From NCBI GenBank assembly GCA_025558095.1, contig JAIVFI010000006.1, positions 186,001 through 250,000 on the forward strand: 64,000 nt of DNA, given 5' to 3'. Positions 30,635 through 40,752 of the stretch are shown here, piece by piece (the stretch's first letter is position 1; every line of letters begins with the position of its first letter). The notes beneath the pieces are model-generated. The model saw only the letters and a program-made list of their open reading frames with translations, did no database searches and was not told where the DNA came from. The DNA is from Hyaloraphidium curvatum SAG 235-1. Lineage: Eukaryota; Fungi; Monoblepharomycota. The position numbers and the translations under genes were made by a program.

Positions 30635-31900
30635 ATGGCGACCCCCACGACTGCCGGCCACAACCTGCGGCCCCGCCGGCCGCATGTGGCCACGGCGCCG
30701 CCGCCGGCGACTGCGCCCGTCGCTGCGTTGCCTGGCGTCGTACCCCCGGACTATCGGTCGGCGCTTGCCTCCCTCTCGACCCGGCTGGACGACCTCCGGG
30801 CCGACCTCGACGTCAGACACTCCCAGACGACGGCCCACTTGCACAAGGTCGAGCAGGCCGCCTTCTCCGCGGTCATGCCCATCCGCGCAGCCCTCGACGC
30901 ACTCCACCCGGTGCTCAACACCCTCGTCAATGTCGGCAACCTGGAGCAGCACGCTCTTGACCGCGTAACGGCGACGCTCGAGCAGCAAGAGGCCCGCCTG
31001 GACGCCCAGATCCGCCAGCAGCGTGACGAGCTCCAGGTGGTCCTCAGTGGCCGCCACCGCGAACTTGAGTTCGCCGTCACCGCCTTGCGCCGGACCGACG
31101 ACGCTCGTCTCGGTGCCATCGAGACGCAGCTCGACCGGCTTGCGTTGGTGCTCGAGGCTCAACGTCAGAACTTCAACGGCATTCTCCTGGTGGACGAAGC
31201 TACCATCGAGGAGTTGAGGGAGTTCGGCTCTTCCCTCGCCGGGCTGGTTGCTCAGACCGGGACCAACCTCGAAACCACCATCGAGACCGTCGTCGAGACC
31301 AATCTCGCCCGTCACAACAATGGCCCCATGGCGGAGTTTGCGGCCGACCTCAAGAGCGTCCTGGCGGCCCATCTGCAGCGATTTGGGTCGGAGCAGCACA
31401 AGCAGCTCATGCTTTCAGCTCAAGACGACACCACGCTCCTCACGGCCGGCCTGAACGCGCAGCGCGAGCACTTCACCAAGACCGCCGACGAGCAACGGGC
31501 CCTCCTGCGTCGCTTCCTCGGCAATCAAGTGGCTCCCCTGGCGGGGCAAACGACGCCCGCCGTGGTCACCTCCACGCCGGTCGGCCGCGTCAAGGACGAG
31601 GACCTCGTCACCTCCGACGATGAGGCTGGGGATATGCAACCTCCAGCTCCTCGCCCCGAGAGCGTGTCCAGCAGCGACGCCTCCTCCATCGTCTCGCAGG
31701 ACGACGGCCTCTTGGCCGCCCTGTACGACGACATCCCGGCCGCTCCCTACAAGTCGACCATGCCCCCGGTCTACACCCCCTCGGCCGCGGACGGCTCAGC
31801 CGTGCATGCCGCCTTCGCTCTCGGCTTTACCCGCCGGCTCCGCGCCCCGCCGCCGAGCGACGACGAGGCGGACGCCGACGTCGACTTTGAGGACGCCTAA
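30635..31900 (+). CDS. ORF3 of the retrotransposon: 421-aa soluble coiled-coil protein with acidic tail, unknown function
   Basis: Uninterrupted ORF with GC3-rich codons, ATG 70 bp after TATA, long heptad helices, no signal peptide or TM segment. Confidence 0.8.
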   Translation: MATPTTAGHNLRPRRPHVATAPPPATAPVAALPGVVPPDYRSALASLSTRLDDLRADLDVRHSQTTAHLHKVEQAAFSAVMPIRAALDALHPVLNTLVNVGNLEQHALDRVTATLEQQEARLDAQIRQQRDELQVVLSGRHRELEFAVTALRRTDDARLGAIETQLDRLALVLEAQRQNFNGILLVDEATIEELREFGSSLAGLVAQTGTNLETTIETVVETNLARHNNGPMAEFAADLKSVLAAHLQRFGSEQHKQLMLSAQDDTTLLTAGLNAQREHFTKTADEQRALLRRFLGNQVAPLAGQTTPAVVTSTPVGRVKDEDLVTSDDEAGDMQPPAPRPESVSSSDASSIVSQDDGLLAALYDDIPAAPYKSTMPPVYTPSAADGSAVHAAFALGFTRRLRAPPPSDDEADADVDFEDA

Positions 31901-32030
31901 GCCACCCTTCGGCCCTACACTCTCCAACATCTGTTGTCTCCACCTCGGCCTTCAACATCTTCTACTGCAAGCATGACGTCACTCCGCGGAGGATCTTCGA
32001 TTTCGTGGCGCCGAGGGCGGCGCCTTCTTT

Positions 32031-32042
32031 TGGGTGGGGGCG
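32031..32042 (+). other. 3' polypurine tract
   Basis: TTTTGGGTGGGGG-CG immediately before the 3' LTR TG. Confidence 0.8.
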
Positions 32043-32518
32043 TGCGAAGGTACAGGACGTCTGACATTCGGACAAGGGTATTTTCATTTTCGGTTCGGAG
32101 GCGTGGAGGCGTCGGTCCTCGCGATCGACTCGTGATCGACTCGCGATCGACTCGCGAGTGACTCGCGAGTCACTCGCGAGCGACTCGCGAGCGACTCGCA
32201 AGTGACTCGGCACAGCCACCCTCCTGGGATATATAAAGAGCGGGACATGTAACAGTACAATCTTGATCGCCAGTTGACTCTACGTGCTCTCCGTGTCGTT
32301 CGACCACCGTGCGGAACCCCGCCCGGCCGGATCCTCGTTCTGAGAGCCCTTGGGACGCACCCCGGGAGACATCCCGTAACCTCTTTCCCCCGGCTACAGT
32401 CAAGTATCTTCAGCGCTGTTCGCTTATTCATATTCAGGGCCTATCCGACCCGAAGAGCCGAGCGGGATTCGCGCGCCGGGTTAGAGCTTCAGGCCCGGTT
32501 CCGACCCGGACCGTCGCA
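32043..32518 (+). repeat. 3' LTR (476 bp)
   Basis: Direct repeat of 21864-22339, followed by the TSD GCTT. Confidence 0.97.
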
Positions 32519-34257
32519 GCTTGTCCTGCGAGCGTGCTCGATGTTATGTTGAGTTTGCTCCAAACGCGCTCCAGGACCTTCGAATCATGCAGCCTCAATG
32601 ATTCAAACAGTACGTCCCCATCAGCACCGGTTTCCCGGGCCCGCAGCAGCAGCTCCTTGAAAGCCGAGAAGTCCGCGTTGAACCTCTTGTCAAGCTGTTC
32701 CTCTTGGATCTGGTTCTTCGCCTTTGGAACAAGCACAACCAGCTTTTCGAGCAATCTGATCTGCGCTTCGGAAGCGGCATCAATGAATGTCCGATGCTTC
32801 TCCCGTCTGGAAGCCGAAGCACTCCTCAATGCCTTCCCACAGGCGTCAATCTCAAGCAGGAGTGCCAGGCACTTCTCCACAGGTTTAAGAAGCTTGTTCT
32901 CAGCGATTCCAACGGCGCGAAGCTTTATGTACCATAGATAAAGGTCTCGCAATGCGCTCTCCTCCCACTGCTGACGAGGACATACACGCTGCCCATCAAA
33001 ACGCCAGCTCAAAAGCCAGCTTCGCCAATCCTCTAGCGCAGGAAACGGCTCCTTTGCGCGAGCACCGCCTGTGGGGTCATGAAGACGCACAGGAGAGTTC
33101 ACTTTGGCAACTAAACCCCCTGCAGCACCCAGTCGAAAAAGGAAGTCGATGTCCTCGGCACACGTTAGGCCAGGAATGAAGTCCTTGCCACGTGTTAGTC
33201 CCGGACGCAGCAGAAACGCCTTGTAGACGTTGCTTGGCACCTTACGATTGCCTATCCATTCATGACCGGCTGGATGGTTGAAAGCAACTGGCGTCGTGCC
33301 CGGAGCCTTTTGCGATGTCTTGCAGAATCCGATCACAGCAGGCCGTACTCTGACGTTCGTCTCCCGCAGCCGGGCTGCGGCCTCGTCTGCAGTGGCCACC
33401 GCCTGTGCAACAGCATCCACAGCTGAGACCGGTTTCGCAAGCTTCTGCCAGGCACTTCCAGCGAGCTTCAAACCCTTCGACTCGTCCTTGTCGGGAATTC
33501 GGGAGAATGTGCAGTTGTCGTCCAGCATCCAATACTCTCTAGAAATTGTTGAGCACTGGGGTCGCTCGCATCTGAAGCACACCTACTTGAGCAGAACACC
33601 CCTTGGCCCGGAAGGAAGAATACCGTTCACCATGGCCCGGTGCAGTACGAACCGAGCATAGGCAATGCCGCGTCCATCGTGAGGTAGAACAGCGAAGGTC
33701 AAGTTGGGATACGCAGCCGCGTATTCGGCGTATTGAAGAGGCTCGACGACGACCACAGCGATCTGGTCCCGTGCAGTGACTCTAGCGTCCTTGCTGAGCT
33801 CCCGGAGCAAGGGCGCTTGATCGCTCCCAGCACGGCCCGCGCTCGGCACAAAAATTGGGATCCGCTCTGGACTCCTACGAGATCTTATCAAATCGAGAAG
33901 TTCCGCTGCTGCAGCGCCTTTGAATTCAACGATTTCAACCACGGCTTCATGAAGAGCATATGGAAGATTGGATATCGCGACATGGAACACGTCCTGATGT
34001 ACTGTGACCGGGAGTGGCGTGGGTGACAGGGCACCGGAACGCGCTGGATGTTCGCGGGGCTTGCTCGTGGAGTAGTAGCGCTGTTGAAGCGTCGTAGTGG
34101 TGCTGACCATCGAGCGCGTGCGACGCGCCACCGGCTGTTCGGGAGTGGGAGGCCGTGGCGTTTCGGCAGCGGGCACTCTAAGGCCACCGTCCGCGGCCAC
34201 GCCCGGGGGCGCCGCTGCGGCACGCTGGACATCAGACTTCTTCGGCTTCGGAGGCAT
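32519..34257 (-). pseudogene. 5' part of a GREB1-like / TET-JBP-associated (J-base glucosyltransferase-like) glycosyltransferase gene, interrupted by the retrotransposon; intron 33539-33586
   Basis: IPIFVPSAGRA, VVVVEPLQYAEYAAAYP..AVLPHDGRGIAYARF, EYWMLDDN, CAEDIDFLFRL follow the GT-A motif order of this family. A 48-nt GTAGGT...TCTAG intron joins ORFs 33583 and 32434 in frame. Confidence 0.7.
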
Positions 34258-34492
34258 CGTCGGCGTCCCGTCGGAATGGAGGTGCAAAATCTTTGGTAGG
34301 TCGTCGGAGGATGTTCCAAGTGATTGCGGCGAGAGTTCAGGGTCCTGCCGAATCATGCCGCCGACAGTAGGGTCAGTCACGGACCATGGGTGTGCGCATC
34401 ATCATCATCATGTTGAAGACAAAGAAGACCAAGCTATGCAACAGTATCGCGCAACGGAATCGCGGAATCAAAGATCGTGCCCCCGGCACCCC

Positions 34493-37400
34493 TCAAGCCT
34501 CTGCCTCGTCGTTCAGATCCCTCCAGTCCGTATCCTCCACCCCCATCGCTCTCGCCCGTGCCTCGAGCTCCTCCATCTCCTCGTCCTCCTCCTCGTCCTC
34601 CCTCCTCTCCTCGCGGCAGTCGCACTTCGCCGCCTCGAGCATCCGCGCGCCGTGCACTCCGAGCAGCTCCAGGCACCGCGTGGCGGCCTCGCGCCGGGAA
34701 AACTTCTTACTGCGCGCCTTGGCGTGCGCGAGCTCGGCGTCGTGGTGCATCACGCGGCAGATGAAGTGCGTGGGGCTGCTGTCGAGGGTGCGCTCCTCGT
34801 CGACGATGTGCTCGTAACTGGGAAGCAGGATGCATTGAGAGGCCGAGTCCCTCGGTCAAGCGCACCATCGGACGACCCACGTGAACTTGAGCCCCCTGCA
34901 GCGCCTCGCCAGAAGGACCTGCACGACAAGCTGCACCGGGTGCCGCGGCGGCCTCCTCGGATCGATGTTCTTCTCCACCAACGGCAGCATGACCCTCTTG
35001 AACACCCTCTCCACCGCGCGCAGGCTGAACCCCGAGTCCAGGTACACCGCCCCCAGCATCGACTCGACGATGTCGGCCAGCGCCTTGGGCGCCTGCAGCG
35101 ACATCCACCTCAGCTTCGGGTCGGGGGCCAGGTGGCCGTACTGCGGGTCCCTCTTTTCCGGCAGCGGCTCGCGGCGCTCCAGCTGCTCCAGGTCGTCGCA
35201 GTAGTCCCCCACGGCGTGGAGCAGCGCGCCCGAGCCGTGGTCCAGGTGCACGTGCAGGCCGAGGCGGACGCAGAGCATGGCCAGGAAGTTGTTGCAGATG
35301 GCAACCTCGCGGAGAGCGGTGAGCGTGCCGGGGGTGGCGTGGGAAAAGTGCTCGAAGAGGAGCGAGGTGACCATGGTGCTGAGGATGGCGTCGCCGAGGA
35401 ACCTGAGGGGATCGGGTCAAGTCAGCTCAGTGTCCATGGCCTCGACCGATAGCGGACGCACTCGAGGCGCTCGTAGCTCCGGACCATGGTGTCGATGGCG
35501 CTCTCGTGCGTGAGCGCGGAGAGGCAGAGGAGCTTGGACCTGAAGGTGTACCCCAGGATGCTCTCGACCAACGGCACGCGCGAGAGCTTCGGGTGCTGGT
35601 CCGGCGAGTCGAGGTCGTACGGCGCGTCGAGCCCGCACTGCTGCAGCACAAACTCCTCGCTCAGATCCGTGGGCAGGGTCGCCTCGAGGTCGAAGACCCG
35701 GGCGAGGAACCTGTCCGCTCCGGCCTCGTCGCGCAGGTAACATGCTCCGACGACGGCCTCGACAGTGTCGGCCAGCGTCTTGATGGACAGGTTGACCTGC
35801 GTGTCCGCGTCCGGCTTGAGCTTGGGCGGTCTCCACTCCTTCCACTTCAGCGAGCACTTGCCCGCGGCGATCGACGCGGGCCACTGCGGATCCATCTGGA
35901 TGATCTTGCGCCCGAGGAAGGTGTTGGAGACGAGGAAGTTGCGCCTCCGCGTCAGCGATCCCTGCGCGTAGCCCCTGTCCTTGACGAACGTCCGCGTGGT
36001 GGTGAAGAACTTGATGTGGGCGTCGCCGAGGAACTCGAGCCGCTCGAGGTTGGACTCCTTGAGGCCCAGGAGGGAGCTCTTGGCCAGCGTCATGGCGGGA
36101 ACGAGCTCCTCGGGGCACTCGCGGAAGAAGAGCCCGTTTCGGTCGTTGAGCTCCCTCGCGAGCAGGTTGAGCTTGAGGAACTCGATGACCGACGGCACGA
36201 AGAAGGCGAAATCGACCAGTTCCTTCTCGAGCGGGTTGACCTTGAGGTACTGCGGGAAGACATAACGGTCCGACGAACGCTTGGCGCCCGCCATGCCCGG
36301 CTGCGGGAACGGACCGAAGGGCCTCGACGCGCGGTCGGGCTGCAGGTAGTCCAGCTTCCTTGGCAGCCGCTGGGCCAGGTAGACCGACTGGTTCGGGTCG
36401 ATCCTCTCGAGCGGGATGTTGTGCGACTTCATGTAGGCCGAGCAGACGCGCAGGTCGGGCTTGAACGGATCCAGCATCATGTGCGGCGTCAGGCGCTCGC
36501 AGCGGTACCGGTACAGGTACTTTTGCGGGTGCGTGCCGACGGTGTCCTCCAGGATGACGTCGCGGAGGTTCCTCAGGGCCTCGTACTCCATGTCCGACCT
36601 GCCCACGAGCTCCGAGACCAGGATAGGGTTGTTGGCGTATCCGAGGTGCATGCGCATCCTTTCGACGTCGATCCCGTCCCGGTGGTCGCTGGCAATGCAC
36701 ACGAGCAGGATGGCCGGGTCCTCCTGTGCGCTGTACACCGGCCTCGCGGGAACGGCCTCCCCATCGACCTCCATCGGGTCGCTCTGGGCTACGGGCCTCC
36801 GCTTGAGCACCGTGTTCCACACCAGCGCGCTCCACTGCATGAACATGTCGAGCTTCTCGGACGAGATCTCCTCGCTCCGCACGGTCTTGACGGAAAAGGG
36901 CTCCGTGTTCTCGCCGTCGACGAAGAGCGGGATTTTGACCTCGCGAGGGAACGCGTACCGGGTCAGCAAGCCGATGGTCTGCGCAGAGCCCTTCCTCTCG
37001 ATCACGTTCAGGTAGGTCATGTTCGTGCTCCCCGGAACGTGCGACCACGGAGTCGCCTGGGCCCAAAGCTTCGGCACGGCCGGGGCGATGAACCTCTCCT
37101 CTTCCTCCAGCTCCAAGAGGTCCTTGGGATCGGGATCCGGCTTGGGCGGCAGCAGGTTCTCGTCCAGATAGCCCAGATCCCGCAGCACCCTCAGGAGCGA
37201 CATGGCTGCCGCAGCCTTGGCGATGCTCCTGCTCCGGCGCTTGGCGCTGAACCACTGCCTCAAGGCCTCCGGTAGGTTGGTCGACGGAATCCTGACCGAG
37301 CACTCGTGCTCTTGTGCTTCGACAGGCTCGGTTCCGAAGCGGAAGAGCGGCCGAGGACTGTAGTAACGGTCGCCTCCCAAGCGCGCGCAAAAGAGCTCCA

Positions 37401-39394
37401 GACGTGCTACAGCCAGCGACAGCGGCAGGTACGCGCCCGTCTCGGGATTGTGCAAGACATCCGCGGGGTCGTGGAGGATCTGCATGTCGTCCTCGAGGAA
37501 TGGCGTGCCTTCTGCGAGCGACTTGTTGAACACGATCTCCTTGTTCTTCAGGTCGCTCAGCTGCTTGATGTCGTTCTCGTTCGCGTTCTCGGCAAACAAG
37601 AGGTACTGGGACCTCAGATGGCGAGCTCTGCCCCTGGACTGTATGTACGAGATCAGTGTCTTGGGCAGGTCGAATCTGGCGCGGGAGAGGACGGTAAGAA
37701 GACGAGCAGAGAAGCAAGAAGCAACCCGACGAACCGGATGACGAGCTGGCAGGGTTTGATGTCCAATCCTTCCTCAGCGACCGCAGTAGCAACGAGCGTC
37801 GTGATTTCTCCCTTTCGGAACTGTGGAACAATAAGCGGGCGGCAGGCCAAGATTCGCGCACATGCTTGCCTTCCGTATCATCTCGTTCTGAACCCTGTAG
37901 TCCATCGCTTGGCCGCGCGTGTTCTCCTCGAACGCACCGGCCGACCCGTGCCCGACAATGACCCCGACGGAGCTCCCAATCTCCCTTCTCAAGATTGCGG
38001 CAAGCGCCCACGCCGTGGCCCTTCGCTCCACGAAGATGATGCCGCAGTACTCGGGCTGCTGACGCAGCTCGACGAGCTGTTCCATGAGCTTCTGAACCTT
38101 CGGCGAATGTCGCAGGAAGTGAAGCGGCGTGGGCTCCCTCGCCGTCGGGCGAACCGAGTTGATCAGCTCATCCAGGAAAGGCTCGCTGGTTCGATTCCGG
38201 GCATAGTACCTCCTGATCCAGTTCTGGAGCTCCGGGAGCGACTCGCGGAGGTAGATGTCGGCAGCACGCGTCCCGAGGGCGACCATGATCTCGCGTGCAT
38301 CGGCAACAAGCTTGAGGAAGACCTTGGGCGGGTCCTCGACATTCGCGGCGGCGAAGCGCTGGCTGGCCAGATCCGCAGCCGCAATGAGCCGATCAAACAG
38401 AGGGAACGCGACCGACTCGTCGTATTTGTCGAACCAGACTAAGCGTTCCTTCGCGCGGGCCACGAAAGCTGCTATTTCGTTCTCGTCGCAGGTGATGATC
38501 TGGCAGTTGATGGCGCTCTGCAGCTGGCTGTGTTTCGTGTGATGTGCGGATAAGCATGCTGCGTCCAGGTTCGATAGTGTGCACTCACGTCAACCCGACT
38601 TGAATGTCCTGCTTGCCGACGATAGGGCTTGCGGTCATTCCGAAAACCTTCGGCCTCTCCTCGAGGGGCGTGGTGCGGTAATATGTGTCGAAGATCACGT
38701 TGTACGGATGCTTGCGCTTCGCGTGGTGGCATTCGTCCAGGATCAGAAGGGCGATGTCCTGCAAATGCGCGTCAAGAGTTGCCAACGAGTGACTCAGGCC
38801 CGGAACGTACCTTCATGCGAACAAAGCCGCAACTGATGATGTTGAGGAAGATGGCTGCGGTCATGCAGTGCACGTTGGTCTCCTCGAGGTTCGACTTCCA
38901 CCGCGGCCCGTTCCACGAGTCCACGTCCATCTCGCCGCAGTAGCTCTTCACGTGGGTATCGCAGTGGCGCCGGAGCACGTCGCTTTGCTGGAAGACCAGC
39001 GGAACCAGGTTGACGAGGAAGAAGACGAGCTTCGGTGCCGAAGGTTTGCTGCGAGCAATGTCGAGTGTGTGCTTCACCAGCAAACCTGCAGCGAACCAAG
39101 AGTTAGCTGAGTTGTCGGCATTATGGCGCGACGCGCGACCGTACAGCTGATCAACGTCTTGCCTGCTCCGGTAGGCAGCACCGCGACGACGTTGCTTGTT
39201 TTCGCAACCTCAAACACGTTGAGCTGGTACGCCCGAGGGTGAAGCCGAGCCTCTTCCTTGGCAATCACGAGCTTGGGTTGAGCAGGGGGCGCCGTATTCT
39301 CCTTGCTATCGACGTGCATGACCGCAGGAGCCGCGCTTTCCTTGCCGTCGACCTCCATCGGAGCCACGTCCGCGAACCTCTCGCCCAGGGCCAT
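34493..39394 (-). CDS. DCL: Dicer-like endoribonuclease (helicase, Dicer dimerisation domain, PAZ, 2x RNase III, dsRBD), multi-exon
   Basis: PRAYQ...[90 protein letters not shown], terminal dsRBD helix. Confidence 0.95.
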
Positions 39395-39795
39395 CGCCGC
39401 CACACGCCGACCGGAAACTCCCCACCGTAGTAGAGAACCCAATCACATCAACAGTTTCCGACGCGTTCAGGGTTCAGAGACGCTCCGGCACGCCGCAAGC
39501 CGCGGGGGGACAGTGACGCCCCACCGCATCTCAGAAATCTCGGCGCGCGCGCGCTTTATGTTCGGGGCGCGTGAGGGATCAGTCGGCGGTCGGCCGAACG
39601 CGGACCCTGAACGGAGCATCTCGCTCCAGGAGGCAGCTCGCAGGTGGAGAACACCCGTTCTATTTCCTTTTTCTGTGTCAGAGTCGGAGCCAACGGCCAG
39701 CGGCTGCTCCGGCGGCCGCACTGGACAAAGCTTCTCAGTGGACTTGATCTCTTCCCTCTGACCCCTTGAGACGGAACCTTCGTCGCCTTGCTGGT

Positions 39796-40696
39796 ATGGA
39801 GCTTTCCTCTGCAAACGGCCAGACTACGGTGGCGATGCAGCCGGGTGGCGTCGCTGGTGCACCGCGGGCTCTGGACTTCGACGCAAAGGCCCCAGCTCAA
39901 CGTCTAGACTTGAAAGCCGACGGACACCCGGATCCCCATTACATGTCGGGCGCAAAGCATGTCCAAACGCAACTGCTTCGTGGCCCAAACACGAAGCCGA
40001 CAGACACTTGGCGGGAATGGTTGGCCCACGTGTTTGAATCTCAACGATTCCACCTCGCCGTCATCTGCCTGACGATGGTGGATCTCTTGTTCATCGTAAC
40101 GGAGCTCATTATCGAGGTCCTTGCCTCGCACTCGGCATGTCAGCTGGAGTACGAAGAAGGGGAACCCCATGCGCACATCGAATACTCGCCCGGCGTCGAG
40201 ACCGCGCTCAACGTGCTCTTTTGGGCGTCGATCTCGATTCTCGTCACCTTCTGCATCGAACTTTGCCTGAAACTGGTTGTGTTTGGCCCCATGCATTTCA
40301 TCAAGCACCCCTTTGAGCTCTTTGACTTTATCGTTGTCGTGGTTTCGTTGACGTTGGATCTGGTGGGTGTCGCGCTTCGTGGGGGAGGGTCAGGCTTGAC
40401 CGAATTTGTCCATGCAGGTTTTCCACAGCCGCGAGGACGGTGTGGCGATCGAGGTCCTGATCGTCCTCCGTCTCTGGCGTCTCGTGAGAGTGTTCGACGG
40501 TGTGGCTGGGGAGGTGAAGGAGAATGGCGAGCTGCAGGCGCACCGATTCGAGCGAACGATCGAGAAGCTCGAAGCGGAACTTAAGCTGAAGGAGGCCGAA
40601 ATCGAGGAGCTCAAGTCCGGGCGGAAGTCGCACATTTCCGCCGAGAACGGCAACGCGGAGACCGCGGGGACTGGTGGTACGAATGGAAAGTCATAA
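39796..40696 (+). CDS. HVCN1: Voltage-gated proton channel Hv1; intron 40363-40417
   Basis: S1 Asp (LTMVDLLF), S2 F-x-x-E (TFCIELCLKL), S3 FDFIVV, S4 signature LRLWRLVRV (RxWRxxR), C-terminal coiled coil, no pore domain. Confidence 0.9.
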
Positions 40697-40752
40697 GGTT
40701 ACTGGCAGGGTAGCGGCTTCTATGTGTATGTGTCTCAATGTCGTTTCCATCT

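Larger units (their letters stand above)
21864..32518 (+). mobile_element. Full-length Ty3/Gypsy (chromodomain-bearing) LTR retrotransposon with accessory genes, 10,655 bp
   Basis: Two 476-bp direct repeats TGCGA...TCGCA, flanking GCTT duplication (21860-21863 / 32519-32522), PBS, PPT, and gag plus PR-RT-RH-IN-chromo order. Confidence 0.97.

Noticed and set aside
30635-31900. ORF3 as a retroviral envelope gene
   Set aside because: No signal peptide, transmembrane anchor or cysteines; only its position resembles env.
32519-34300. Lower GC of the glycosyltransferase gene as proof of foreign origin
   Set aside because: Clear host genes (Hv1, mitochondrial carrier, kinase) look similarly moderate in GC, and the gene has host-type introns. 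GC was not quantified.
34396-34411. (CAT)5 microsatellite giving a poly-His in ORF 34097..35452
   Set aside because: A short intergenic/UTR repeat; the ORF is antisense to Dicer and not credible.
35417-38011. 864-aa ORF and similar long Arg/Pro/Ala-rich ORFs throughout (e.g. 35506..37275, 58251..60119, 10844..12139)
   Set aside because: They are shadow frames of real genes caused by high GC3 and have no recognisable motifs.
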